Shown here in pieces: positions 63,769 to 64,000 of a stretch of 64,000 bases of DNA (position 1 is its first letter; every line of letters starts with the position of its first letter). The notes under the pieces are model-generated. The model was not told where the DNA came from and ran no database searches. It saw only the letters and a program-made list of their open reading frames with translations. The stretch lies in IMG/VR virus record IMGVR_UViG_3300005842_000001, positions 8,806-72,805 of that record; one strand, written 5' to 3'. The position numbers were made by a program, and so were the translations under genes. This DNA comes from a virus.

Positions 63769-64000
63769 TGGCAGAGTACCACATGAGAGAGCATCGATTC
63801 AGCATGAGTGCTGTACTGAAAGACTTGTACGCTGCTGAGATGAAGCGGCGGGCCAGCTTCGATGATCAGAATAGGACAATGCACGAGGCAATAGCCCCGG
63901 TCGTGCCAGAAGATTTCACGTTGGTAGCTGATCTGAAAATCAGTCTGCCATTCGGCATGACACCGGAAGAAACTGCTCTCGTTGCGCCGATCATTGAGAG
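63768..64000 (+). CDS. hypothetical protein, 3'-truncated by the window edge
   Basis: AGGAG upstream; open to the end of the window. Confidence 0.5.
   Translation, partial: MAEYHMREHRFSMSAVLKDLYAAEMKRRASFDDQNRTMHEAIAPVVPEDFTLVADLKISLPFGMTPEETALVAPIIE

Noticed and set aside
1-64000. Stop-codon reassignment, or a lysogeny module
   Set aside because: Genes are intact and densely packed in code 11 with all three stops used. No integrase or CI-like repressor was recognised, though these could lie outside the window.

Overview
The whole window reads as a tailed dsDNA phage or prophage, almost entirely on the + strand in standard code 11. The host is probably a Planctomycete (TIGR03000-like domain, csrA, Pro-rich secreted proteins). 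Gene order: accessory and nucleic-acid genes with two free-standing homing endonucleases (1-9 kb); a fibre-like module and terminase (9-14.3 kb); a Mu-like head module (14.7-33 kb); a siphovirus-like tail with a -1 frameshift chaperone and an initiator tRNA (33-45.7 kb); a secreted/C1-peptidase block (45.7-49.3 kb); recombination, replication and DNA modification genes (49.4-57.8 kb); and early-type operons headed by a repeated promoter, including an AAA+/vWA pair (57.9-64 kb). No integrase is visible. Most notable: (1) a 1435-aa portal-C39 peptidase-2H phosphoesterase-MuF fusion whose domain borders carry an F-[SA]-acidic motif that also recurs in the prohead protease/scaffold; (2) an intein in the MuF domain with an endonuclease-like gene nested on the antisense strand; (3) a Mom-like GNAT gene overlapped at its 3' end by a tRNA-Gly-like RNA; (4) a second tRNA-like RNA at 63.2 kb. 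All family calls come from motif recognition by eye; no searches were run.
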